Assembly (NCBI GenBank): GCA_947600025.1
Contig: CANQFY010000001.1
Span: forward strand, 10,130-74,129
DNA from: an uncultured Oscillospiraceae bacterium
GTDB taxonomy: Bacteria; Bacillota; Clostridia; Oscillospirales; Oscillospiraceae
Length of the DNA: 64,000 nt
Reading direction: 5' to 3'
Positions 55,403 through 64,000 of the stretch are shown here, piece after piece; position 1 is the first letter of the stretch, and each line of letters begins with the position of its first letter. Made by a program: the position numbers and the translations under genes. The notes below the pieces were generated by a model that saw nothing but the letters and a program-made list of their open reading frames with translations, had not been told where the DNA came from and did no database searches.

Positions 55403-58400
55403 TTAGAAGAAGCGCTTGCGTTCTACCAGCAGATACAAACCAGCGGCCAAGGAGACCAGCGCCAGACCGGTCCACAGGAGGATCGGCGCCTCATCGCCAG
55501 TCTTGGGGGTGTCGTTGGAGGTATCCGTGGTGGCAGGATTCGAGGTGGCGGGGGAAGCGGGGCCGGGATCGGCGGGCTGGGTTCCCGTTCCAGGATCAAC
55601 AGGATGCACATCCTGGGCAGGCATCAGCGGGAATTTCACCGTAACGACCACATCTCCGGTGACCTTCTCGCCAGGGATGATCACTTCGCCGGTAAGCGGG
55701 TTGTAGATGTAATCCTTGGGGCTGAGCTGCACGCCGCCCACGATAACCACAATGTCATCCGCTCTGTCGGGCAGGGTGTATCCGGGACCGGGCTGGAGCG
55801 TCAGAACCAGATCCTGACCCTCAACGGCGTCATCGGGGGCGATAACGGAGCCGTTCTTCACCTGCTCATCCACATCGTAGACCTCAGGCGGCCGAATCGT
55901 TACGATTTCCTGCCCATTCTCATTCAGGTCGGGACCATCCTCCTTGGTGGTGATGGTGATGGTGGTGCTCATGCTGGCCTCGTTCTCCTCGGCGTAGGTG
56001 AACACCAGCGTCGCGACTTGCTGGTTGAGCTCCTCGGCGGCGGCGTAGTCGAACCGGACCGTGCCGGCCGTCTCGGCATTGTAGGCGTAGTAAGCGGTCA
56101 GGCCCTCCACGCTCTTCAGGGTCAGCAGCGTCTCGTCATAGTCCACAGTGAACAGCCCGTTCGTAGAGTCGGTGGCGTAGACACTGATGGTCACGGTGTT
56201 GTCCTCAGTGTTCATAAGCTGCACCTCCTTGCCAACGGTGGCAACGGTGGCAATTGGGCTGGTGGTGGAGATGCTGTTCAGGCTGCCGGTGAACATCCCC
56301 TGGGTCTCCGAGGCGTGCGCCTTGGCGGCGGAAACCACATTCTGGGCGTTCAGAGCGGTGGCGGAGGCAATTTCCTCCGTCTTGATGACGTTGCTTGCCC
56401 AGTTGGGCAGGCTGGCCGCCGCGGTGCCGCCCTGATACAGTACAGTGACCGGGCACACATCGGCGCCAAAGCCGTTGCTCTGAGCTACGCTCACCGTGCC
56501 GTCCTGGTCCACTTCCAGCAGATACAGGTAAGCTGTCGAGCCGTTGGCGCTGCCGCCGGTGTAGGCGGACAGGATCAGGTTGCCGCTTTCCTCGTCGCAC
56601 AGCAGCGAGACGCTGACGTCCGTAACGCCCTCACCCTCGGTGATCTCGCTGGCACCGGTCAGGTCGATGCCGGTGCTGCCCATGAAGCCATCGGCGATGA
56701 AAATGTCCTTCACACCATCGCCATCATCATCGAAGGGGAAGAGCGCAATCTGATAGAGGTCGCCGGCCTCGGTAATCACGGCGTAGTAGTTGGCATAGTT
56801 GCTGTATGGCAGGTAGCTGCTCTGGCCCAGGAAGGCAATGCCCACCATGGGAGCGCCAAAATCGTAATTAAAGTATTCATCCACAAGCTGCCAGCCACTC
56901 GGGTTGTCCAAGTTGTCGAAGTTCACCAACTCCACCAGGCTGCCCAGGTAGGACAGGGCCACCAGGTCGCTGCCCAGGCTGGTGCCGTCGGGGAAGGCCG
57001 GGCAGGGCGCCGCGTCGGAGAACACGCCGAGGGACGTACCCATGGTATAGGTAAAGTCGTTGATCTTCTCGGCCGCGAAGGTGGCGGGGTCTACCTCGTA
57101 GAGGCTTTCCACGTCATGGACGTAGAGCTTGCCGTTTGCCAGGGCGCCGGCGTAGTAGTCCGCCCCGGACTGGGCGCTGATGGACTTCCAGCTGGCGGTG
57201 TCGTTCAGGTTGAAGCTGGCCCAGTGCTGCTCGGGGTAGTCCGCCCACACGAAGCCGTTGAGCTCCACGGAGGGCATGGCCTTGACCGTGACCTCACACT
57301 CGGCGGTCTTGGTGGGATCGGCCACAGAGGCAGCGGTGATGGTGGCGGTACCTTCCGCCAGGGCCGTGACCTTGCCGCCGTCCACGGCGACAATCGTGGG
57401 TTCAGAGCTGGTCCAGGTGACTTCCTTGTTTTCCAGGTTCCAGGGGGACAGCTCGGCCTCCAATGTAACGGTGTTGCCAACATAGGTGGTCACCGCGGTC
57501 TTGGACAGGGTGACGCTCTCCACCGTGTTTGTGGGATCGAACTGGCTCTCGCCGCCCACTGTGGTGGGAACGATGTAGAGTCCGTAGGTCTCCGGCATCA
57601 TGGAGGCGTAGTAGTTGCTCGCGTCCTTGTTCGTCAGCTCCGCAGTGATCTCTCCGGACTTCACATCGATTTTCCAGAGGTAGCTGCCGGCGGCGTAGAG
57701 CACGTCGTTGTCATGATCCCAGGCGATGGAAACAATCATTTCGTAGGCGCTGTAGCCCTCCTTGTCGATGAATTTACTGTTGAGGTCGACCTCCTCCGAG
57801 GAAACCTCCTCCTCCCCGTTCGTGGGCAGGGTCCAGGTGTGAAGCGTGCCGTTGTAATCAATGGCGTAGAAGGTGCCCTCATCGTCCACAGTCATGCTGG
57901 TCAGCGTTTTTGCGGTGGCATCCACAACGCAGACGTGCTCCACCACGCCGTTGAGCGGATTGAGCTTGTACAGCTCGCAGCTGTCGCCCATGATGTAGAG
58001 GCTGCCGTCATAGTAGGCCATGGCCCAGGCAACGCCAACCTCTTCGGGCAGGGTAGCCACGGGCGTGGCATAGTCCAGCTCCACCTGGGGCGCGGCGTAG
58101 ACGACGCCGCTAGGGGTCGCAAAGAACACATAGCCGTCCACATAGTCGGCGCTCTGGGCGCCCATGGGGGCCACGTTCACCAGCGTCAGACCGGCAGACT
58201 CGCCAAAGCGGTTGTAGGCAACCGTCTCCGGGTCGATCTGGATCCAGCTGTCGTATCCGGAGTAGCCCTGAATGTACTCGGTGAAGCCAAACATACCGCC
58301 GGCGCCGTTGTTCTCCTCGCCGTTGTACTCCACCAGAACGGGGGTCTCATTCTGGGCGTAGTCGGCCACCATCACCATGCAGTACTTGCCGGCCTTAGCC

Positions 58401-61400
58401 AGGGCCTCGGCGGGCACGGTGAACTGATAGGTCTCACCCTTGCCGGAATCGGGCACCGCCTCATAGAAGGTCCGCACGCCGCTGCGGCTCAGCACCGCCA
58501 CATACGCGATGTACTGATCGTCCTTCACCGTGCAGATCAGATCGCCATTGGCATTCTTCTCGGTCTTGATCACTTCCGGCGCCACATCGTCGATGTGGAG
58601 CTTGGTGGTCAGGTAGGCGCCGTCACCCAGCGTGCCCGCGGAAACCAGGTCCGCAATCTGGCTGGAGGTCAGGTGTTCCACACCGCTGTAGTACTCCGGC
58701 ACCGCCACCAGGCTGACGGAGAAGGCGTCGCCGTTGCTCAGGCCCAGATCGCCGGGCACGATCTCACAGGGATAGGTATAGTCCGTGCGGCTCCAGTAAT
58801 ATTCACCCAAGGACTCATCGAACAGATAAGCCGGGGCGTAGGTATCCCGGTAGGGGGAATCGACGGTCAAGACCTTGCCGCTGCCGTCGGTGACGACCAG
58901 CGCCATGTCCGAAGCGTTCCGGATCAGCGCGAAGTAATACCTCGCCAGGACATCGGTGCTGCGGATGGCGGCCTTCTCCTCCGGGTAAGTCTCCTCCACG
59001 AGGTAGGGGTTGCCCATCACGGCCTGGAGGACGCCATTGCCGTCCTCATAGCTCAGGAAGTTGGAGACGCGGCCAGACAGACCGTAGGCATAGCTGGTCA
59101 TGTAGGGGCCGGGCACCTCGTCCGTGCCGTATAGGAACTCCCGCAGGCCCACATGGTCAAACATGGCCGGCTGAGACCAGTTTCCGTAGAAGCCCAGGAT
59201 GGGGATGGAGTGGGTCACGTCCAGCTCGCCCTCGGAGGAGGCCAGAGACCGGACATAAGTGAAGCCTTCCACATAGGCCCCGTCCACATACTGATCCAAA
59301 CGGGCGTCCTTGAGCTGGATCTCCACCCGGATGTTCAGGGAGCCGTTGGCCGGCACCGTAACCTGGGTGTCCAGGCAGGCCAAGATCAGGTAGGCGTCAT
59401 AGGTGGTGTACTTCCCGTCGCCGTCCATATCGCCGGCGGGCAGGTCCAGGCCATCCCCGGAGCGGACGTCCACGATGTAGTCCAGCAGCGCCTGGGCATC
59501 GTCGGCGTCGGTATCGCCGTCCATGTCCACGTCATGCTCCTGGGTAGGCTTGGTGTCCAGCTTCGCGCCGTCCACATAGTATTCCACGCTGGCGATCAGC
59601 GGCGTGGTCCAGCCGTTCAGCCAGAGATAGCCGCCGCTCTCCGTCAGGTCCTGGGTGAACAGGTCGGTGGACAGGCTGTAGCTGTTCTCGGCGCCGCTCA
59701 TATTGTTCAGGGTGAAGCTGTAGCTGTAGCTGCCGGTCTTGCCGGGATCGTCCCCCAGCTCCACCTTCACCTTGCCGTCGGCATAGTCGTCGTTGGCGTC
59801 GGCGCCCATCATAATGTAGGACTGCGCCATGGCCGCGGCGCCCACGTTGCCCAGGCCCGCGCCCTGCTGCAGGATGGAGTAGTAATAGGCGCCCAGGCCT
59901 CCACTGTTGACATTCCCCTCGTAGTCCTCCACAAGAGGCACAGCGGTGGACATCAGCAGGCTCTGGATCAGCGTCCGCTCGGTCTGGCCGGTCTTGGCCA
60001 CCAGGTCATTCTCCCGAATGTACTGGGCCAGGATGGCGGTCATGCCGGCCACCTGCGGCGCGGCCATGGAGGTACCGGACATATTCTCGTAGCTCTGGCC
60101 GCCGCTGATGGCGCCGTTGATGGAGTAGATGTTGCCGCCGGGGGCGGTGATCTCCGGCTTCATCTTCAGGGTGCCGGGAATGCCCCAGGAGCTAAAATCG
60201 CTCATGATGTACTTGTCCGTGACCATCTGGGGCGTGGGCATATGGATCTGGATGGTGCCGGTGGCATAGGGCAGGGTCTCAGTCGCCATATAGTAGCCAA
60301 AATAGTCGTACTCGTACTCAATAACGTGCTTGTCCGCGTCGTCAATGAGGCTCCACAGCAGCGCACCGTCCTCCTGGGACAGGGAGACCACAGGCATGGT
60401 GTACTCGTAGCCGGTCAGGTCCATCATGAGTATGCCCGGCTCATTGTTGACCACCACCAGCGCCTTGGCTCCGGCGGCGGCGGCTCGATTGGCCTTATCG
60501 GAAAAGTCGACGCCGCCACCCCGGTTCATGAACACGATCTTGCCGGCGATAACGTCTTTCAGGGCGTTGAACTCATGTTCCTCGCCGAAGCCGACCCAGT
60601 CTTCCAGACCATCCGGCCCCGCCACATAGACAAATTCCTGGTCGCCGGCGAGGGTCTGCATACTCTCGTTGCCGTAACCCAGGCCCTCGTACCAGTATAT
60701 GATGGTGTTGCCGAACTGCAGATAGGCGTCGGTGTAGCCCACGTTGTCCACGGAGGCCACGGTCAGGGCATTGTCGTAGGTGCCGGGGGAGCCGCCGGTG
60801 TGGAAGTTGACGTCCCGGCCATACAGGGACTGGTAGGTCAGCCCGTCGGTCCAGGAGCCGTTGTTGCCGGCGGAAATGGTCACGACGGACAGGCACTCGG
60901 AAAGGCTGTCCATGATGGCCTGATAGGTATCGTTGTGGCCGAAGCCCGCTACGGAGGAACCCAGGGACAGGTTGATGGCGTCGGCGCCCAGGACAATGGC
61001 GTCCTCAATGGCGGCCATGTAATCAGAGTCGTATGCACCCCCCCCAGTTCCAAAAACCTTCATGGTGAGGATCTGGGCATCCGGCGCGACGCCCTGGGTC
61101 ATCACTTCGTCCAGGGACAGGGCGTAGCCGCTGCCGGACTTGAGGTAGGCGTTGGCCGCGGCGATGCCGGAGACGTGGGAGCCGTGCTCTCCCTCGGTGT
61201 CGTTGTCGTGGGTGATGTCCAGATTCTCGTCCACATAGTTATAGGCGAAGGGGATCTTGGACGAAAGGCTCAGGTCGGCGGCGGCGATGCCCGCCTTCAC
61301 ATGGAGCTGATCCAGCACGCTGGAAATCTCATCGTCGTCCAGCAGATCCAGAGAGTCTATGTAGGCGCTCTTATCCATCTGCTTGCGCTGGGCGTTCAGG

Positions 61401-62107
61401 CCCAGGGAGTAGAGGTAGCCGTCCTCGGCAAAGAGCTCATGGTCGGAGTCAATGCCGGTGTCGATGATGGCAACCCGGCTGCCAGCGCCGGTATAGCCGC
61501 TGGCATAGGCAGGGGCGGAGCCGATCATCTGGGAAGAGGTGCTCATATTGGGGTCCAGGGCCTGGGTGGAGGTGGTCTCCATGGGGAGATACCTGGTCTC
61601 CACGAAAACGTCCTTGACGCCCTGGATGGCCTTGATGGCGTCCAGCTTACCATACTCCACGTTGGCGGAGATGATGTTGGCGGCCAAGGTCAGGTTCCAG
61701 ACCACGTCCAGGTGCTTACCGCCCAGCACATTCTGCTCAATTTTGCTCTGAACAGTGTTCTGGGCGTCCAGAAGTCCGTTCCGGTAGCCCACAGCGCTGG
61801 GATTCATCGCGATGGAGTCAATGGCATACCCAGCCGCGATGGTGGATACCTCGTCCAGGACGATCGACACGCGGACCACATCTTCCGCGTTCGGTTCCGG
61901 GACAGAAGTCGAATCCTCGCCGCCGTCGGAGCGGTCGACCAGGGAAGCCTCCGGCAGGCGGAGGTCCGGGGTAATGTCGGAGGGGACGAACGCCAGTTCT
62001 TCCAGCTCCTCGCCTGCCGCGTAGGCCCGGAGCGGAAGGGTACCCAGCGTCAGCACGGCCACCAACAGCACCGCGCAAATACGCTTCAAAATCGAATGCT
62101 TACCCAT
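55403..62107 (-). CDS. Cell-wall-anchored subtilisin-like (S8) serine protease, 2234 aa, multidomain
   Basis: Signal peptide and the catalytic triad motifs IIDTGID, HGSHVSG, SGTSMAAP, with a PA-domain insert. Also a dockerin-like pair of DxDxDG loops, a BIG2 domain and a cohesin-like module. The C-terminus reads TPKTGD, then a hydrophobic stretch, then ERKRFF. Confidence 0.9.
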   Translation of the reverse strand: MGKHSILKRICAVLLVAVLTLGTLPLRAYAAGEELEELAFVPSDITPDLRLPEASLVDRSDGGEDSTSVPEPNAEDVVRVSIVLDEVSTIAAGYAIDSIAMNPSAVGYRNGLLDAQNTVQSKIEQNVLGGKHLDVVWNLTLAANIISANVEYGKLDAIKAIQGVKDVFVETRYLPMETTSTQALDPNMSTSSQMIGSAPAYASGYTGAGSRVAIIDTGIDSDHELFAEDGYLYSLGLNAQRKQMDKSAYIDSLDLLDDDEISSVLDQLHVKAGIAAADLSLSSKIPFAYNYVDENLDITHDNDTEGEHGSHVSGIAAANAYLKSGSGYALSLDEVMTQGVAPDAQILTMKVFGTGGGAYDSDYMAAIEDAIVLGADAINLSLGSSVAGFGHNDTYQAIMDSLSECLSVVTISAGNNGSWTDGLTYQSLYGRDVNFHTGGSPGTYDNALTVASVDNVGYTDAYLQFGNTIIYWYEGLGYGNESMQTLAGDQEFVYVAGPDGLEDWVGFGEEHEFNALKDVIAGKIVFMNRGGGVDFSDKANRAAAAGAKALVVVNNEPGILMMDLTGYEYTMPVVSLSQEDGALLWSLIDDADKHVIEYEYDYFGYYMATETLPYATGTIQIHMPTPQMVTDKYIMSDFSSWGIPGTLKMKPEITAPGGNIYSINGAISGGQSYENMSGTSMAAPQVAGMTAILAQYIRENDLVAKTGQTERTLIQSLLMSTAVPLVEDYEGNVNSGGLGAYYYSILQQGAGLGNVGAAAMAQSYIMMGADANDDYADGKVKVELGDDPGKTGSYSYSFTLNNMSGAENSYSLSTDLFTQDLTESGGYLWLNGWTTPLIASVEYYVDGAKLDTKPTQEHDVDMDGDTDADDAQALLDYIVDVRSGDGLDLPAGDMDGDGKYTTYDAYLILACLDTQVTVPANGSLNIRVEIQLKDARLDQYVDGAYVEGFTYVRSLASSEGELDVTHSIPILGFYGNWSQPAMFDHVGLREFLYGTDEVPGPYMTSYAYGLSGRVSNFLSYEDGNGVLQAVMGNPYLVEETYPEEKAAIRSTDVLARYYFALIRNASDMALVVTDGSGKVLTVDSPYRDTYAPAYLFDESLGEYYWSRTDYTYPCEIVPGDLGLSNGDAFSVSLVAVPEYYSGVEHLTSSQIADLVSAGTLGDGAYLTTKLHIDDVAPEVIKTEKNANGDLICTVKDDQYIAYVAVLSRSGVRTFYEAVPDSGKGETYQFTVPAEALAKAGKYCMVMVADYAQNETPVLVEYNGEENNGAGGMFGFTEYIQGYSGYDSWIQIDPETVAYNRFGESAGLTLVNVAPMGAQSADYVDGYVFFATPSGVVYAAPQVELDYATPVATLPEEVGVAWAMAYYDGSLYIMGDSCELYKLNPLNGVVEHVCVVDATAKTLTSMTVDDEGTFYAIDYNGTLHTWTLPTNGEEEVSSEEVDLNSKFIDKEGYSAYEMIVSIAWDHDNDVLYAAGSYLWKIDVKSGEITAELTNKDASNYYASMMPETYGLYIVPTTVGGESQFDPTNTVESVTLSKTAVTTYVGNTVTLEAELSPWNLENKEVTWTSSEPTIVAVDGGKVTALAEGTATITAASVADPTKTAECEVTVKAMPSVELNGFVWADYPEQHWASFNLNDTASWKSISAQSGADYYAGALANGKLYVHDVESLYEVDPATFAAEKINDFTYTMGTSLGVFSDAAPCPAFPDGTSLGSDLVALSYLGSLVELVNFDNLDNPSGWQLVDEYFNYDFGAPMVGIAFLGQSSYLPYSNYANYYAVITEAGDLYQIALFPFDDDGDGVKDIFIADGFMGSTGIDLTGASEITEGEGVTDVSVSLLCDEESGNLILSAYTGGSANGSTAYLYLLEVDQDGTVSVAQSNGFGADVCPVTVLYQGGTAAASLPNWASNVIKTEEIASATALNAQNVVSAAKAHASETQGMFTGSLNSISTTSPIATVATVGKEVQLMNTEDNTVTISVYATDSTNGLFTVDYDETLLTLKSVEGLTAYYAYNAETAGTVRFDYAAAEELNQQVATLVFTYAEENEASMSTTITITTKEDGPDLNENGQEIVTIRPPEVYDVDEQVKNGSVIAPDDAVEGQDLVLTLQPGPGYTLPDRADDIVVIVGGVQLSPKDYIYNPLTGEVIIPGEKVTGDVVVTVKFPLMPAQDVHPVDPGTGTQPADPGPASPATSNPATTDTSNDTPKTGDEAPILLWTGLALVSLAAGLYLLVERKRFF

Positions 62108-62246
62108 AACTCTTCTACCTTTCTTCTTTTTCGCTTTTCTGAGGAAGGTACCGCAGAAATACGGATTCCGGCGGGACGCCGGGTTTTCGCGTGCCGGCGC
62201 CTAACACAATAGATGGCATAAATAGACACCATACCGCATAATATGT

Positions 62247-62275
62247 ATTATAGTGTTCAATTTTGCAAATGTCAA
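62247..62275 (-). promoter_or_regulatory. Consensus sigma-A promoter of the S8 protease gene
   Basis: Minus-strand TTGACA, 17 nt spacer, TATAAT. Leaves a ~135 nt 5' UTR. Confidence 0.7.
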
Positions 62276-62528
62276 TGAAAAGATTCACTAAAATATTCCA
62301 TTGAAAATCGGAAAATCATGGGCTATTTCCCAGGGTTCCCACCGGGGGCGGAAGGAATAAACCGCCGGGATAAAGACGGAATTTTTATCCATTTGGAATG
62401 TGTACGTCGTGGAAATACTTTTTGAGAAAATTCCTTTAATTTGTGCGCCGCAGGTGGACAGTGCGCACGAGGACGAACTTGTGGCGTGATGGCCGCCGGC
62501 GGGCGCGTTTTCGCTGACCAAGCGCCGC

Positions 62529-62557
62529 TTGAAAAATCACGGAGGATCCTGTAAAAT
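62529..62557 (+). promoter_or_regulatory. Candidate promoter of the carbonic anhydrase gene
   Basis: TTGAAA, 17 nt spacer, TAAAAT. Confidence 0.55.
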
Positions 62558-62595
62558 AGGAATGTGTATTTTAAAAAAAACAAGGAGGGATCCCC

Positions 62596-63138
62596 ATGTG
62601 TACATCCGACGCTCTGGCCCGGCTAAAGGCCGGAAACCGGGCCTATCTGCGATCCGTCACCCCCACCGGGGACATTTCGCCGGAGATCCGGCGGAAAACC
62701 GCCCTGGAGGGGCAGAAGCCCTTCGCCGTGATCATCACCTGCTCCGATTCCCGGGTCATTCCGGAGGATATCTTCTCCTGCGGCATCGGGGAGCTGTTCG
62801 TCATCCGGGTGGCCGGAAATGTGCTGGACCGGCACCAGCTGGGCAGCGTGGAATACGCCATTTCCCATCTGGGCTGCCGGCTGGTGGTGATGCTGGGGCA
62901 CACCCACTGCGGCGCGGTGGACGCGGCGATCCATCACGACCCGGACGGATATGTGAAGTCCATCACCGACGAGATCCGCCGGGCCATCGGCCAGGAGCGG
63001 GACGAGGAAAAAGCCTGCGTCCTGAATGTCCGCCGGGGCGTGGAGATCCTGCGCTCCAGCTTTCCCGAGGAGACGGTCCTGGGCGCCATCTACCGCCTGG
63101 AGGACGGGCAGGTGGAATTTCTGCCGGAGGAACCGTAA
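62596..63138 (+). CDS. Beta-class carbonic anhydrase
   Basis: CSDSRV and HTHCGAV zinc-ligand motifs. AAGGAGG RBS upstream. Confidence 0.9.
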   Translation: MCTSDALARLKAGNRAYLRSVTPTGDISPEIRRKTALEGQKPFAVIITCSDSRVIPEDIFSCGIGELFVIRVAGNVLDRHQLGSVEYAISHLGCRLVVMLGHTHCGAVDAAIHHDPDGYVKSITDEIRRAIGQERDEEKACVLNVRRGVEILRSSFPEETVLGAIYRLEDGQVEFLPEEP

Positions 63139-63201
63139 ATCTTCCATCCCGCTGGCCCTTTGAAAGCACTGTTTCAATGGCCTAGATGATCTTTCCATCC
63201 A

Positions 63202-63603
63202 TTACGGATATTCCACCCTCATTCTTTCCCGCTGTTCTGGTAGCCCCGCCGCCTTGCTGAACTCTCTGTATTTCTTGTTCAACGCACGGAGGCGGGCGCC
63301 GGCGGCGGTGGCGTCCTCTTTTAGTCCAGCGGCCTCAAAGGCCATTTTGCGGCGCTTGATCTTGCGGATCGTGCGCTCCAACTTGCGCTGCAACTGCGTG
63401 GCCTGGTAGTCGTCGTATTCCTTGCCGTCATACGCGATTTTGGAACGGTTCTCCGGCTTCATGGCCTCCAACTCGGTATCTGCGTACGTTCTTTCCATGG
63501 TACCTTCCAAAAACGGCCAGTAACTGTGCCTGCAATTTGCTCCAAGGATGCCGGTCACGTCTCCGTAACCGCACGACTTTTCAAAATCGGGGTAATCTGC
63601 CAT
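63202..63603 (-). pseudogene. C-terminal fragment of a phage minor capsid protein 2 family protein
   Basis: GANCRHSYWPF and QLQRKLERTIRKIKRRK patterns are recalled from phage minor capsid/head proteins. At 133 aa it is much shorter than typical family members. Confidence 0.5.
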
Positions 63604-63666
63604 AAAACCACCATCCTTGTTCCCGCTTTTTCCCCAAGATATAAATGCAATGAAAGGGTTAGAAAA

Positions 63667-63879
63667 ATGAATATGATTTCTGTTGACTCGCGCGATTTAG
63701 AAAGCGTCGGGTATGACGCAAGCTCCAAAACTCTGTATGTTTGCTTTCATAAAGGCGGCACGTACTCATACTCAAACGTCCCTGATCACATTTACCGTGG
63801 ACTCATGTCCGCTCCGTCTAAAGGTCAGTATTTCAGAGCAAATATAAGAACCACATACGCTTACAGGAAAATCGGTTAA
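63667..63879 (+). CDS. KTSC domain protein
   Basis: 70-aa ORF (VDSRDLESVGYDASSKTLYVCFHKGGTYSYSNVPDHIYRGLMSAPSKGQYF), the typical KTSC pattern. Confidence 0.75.
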   Translation: MNMISVDSRDLESVGYDASSKTLYVCFHKGGTYSYSNVPDHIYRGLMSAPSKGQYFRANIRTTYAYRKIG

Positions 63880-64000
63880 TCCTCAACCGGGAACGGTATA
63901 CCAGCCAAGCTCTCCATCACGTCCACACGGTCATCTGTAATAACGATTGTGGTATGTGGGTGGTGATGCTTGCGCAGGTAATCCACAAGCGGTCTTGCCA
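63876..64000 (-). CDS. 3' end of an unidentified minus-strand gene (5' part outside the window)
   Basis: Open frame ending ...ITDDRVDVMESLAGIPFPVED with a stop at 63876-63878. Only 41 codons are visible. Confidence 0.3.
   Translation of the reverse strand, partial: ARPLVDYLRKHHHPHTTIVITDDRVDVMESLAGIPFPVED

Noticed and set aside
55604-62212. 1176-aa and 1019-aa plus-strand ORFs opposite the S8 protease.
   Set aside because: Antisense shadow ORFs of the 2234-aa protease, with low-complexity Gly/Val/Ala/His content and no start context.
62288-62583. 77-aa and 86-aa minus-strand ORFs between the protease and carbonic anhydrase genes.
   Set aside because: They overlap two divergent promoters, lack ribosome-binding sites, and overlap each other in different frames.

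Overview
High-GC, Clostridia-like (Oscillospirales-type, inferred) chromosomal window. No tools were run: all calls come from reading the supplied ORF translations and the DNA by eye.

Gene content, left to right:
- 1-11.6 kb, minus strand: a complete S10-spc ribosomal protein operon (rpsJ to rplO, then secY and a partial adk), with a canonical promoter and a long structured leader.
- 11.7-20.4 kb: cell-envelope genes. These are an M23 peptidase, an XRE regulator with a small membrane protein, a multidomain VanX-like M15 peptidase, a lipoprotein, a DHHW + MBOAT O-acyltransferase pair, and a transglutaminase-like lipoprotein.
- 20.5-26.5 kb: divergent aspartate/threonine pathway genes (thrC-thrB versus hom, aspartate kinase, asd).
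- 26.6-27.3 kb: a ~680 bp non-coding foldback of two inverted GC-rich modules around an AT-rich core.
- 27.5-32.5 kb: rnfCDGEAB.
- 32.6-36.0 kb, minus strand: a DUF89 / YhcH / HAD / udk / murI operon.
- 36.0-36.9 kb: an unexplained ~280 nt structured element closed by inverted tRNA T-arm-like repeats, then a single-domain MGMT gene and tRNA-Leu(UAG).
- 36.9-55.3 kb: looks accessory. It is bracketed by the tRNA-Leu gene and a same-strand copy of its 3' half. It holds MarR plus two ABC exporters, a secreted repeat protein, a deletion-fused response regulator/kinase remnant, a GH3 glycosidase, a LytTR regulator with a sensor-less kinase, DUF169, and a Bce-like ABC/two-component module. No integrase is visible.
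- 55.4-62.1 kb: a 2234-aa sortase-anchored S8 protease carrying dockerin-like and cohesin-like modules.
- 62.6-64.0 kb: a beta carbonic anhydrase and prophage debris.

I found no rRNA, no CRISPR array, no intact mobile-element gene, and no recognisable defence system. The most unusual items are non-coding or architectural: the two foldback/IR elements, the tRNA-half repeat, and the dockerin+cohesin protease. I cannot name a clearly novel multi-gene system with confidence.
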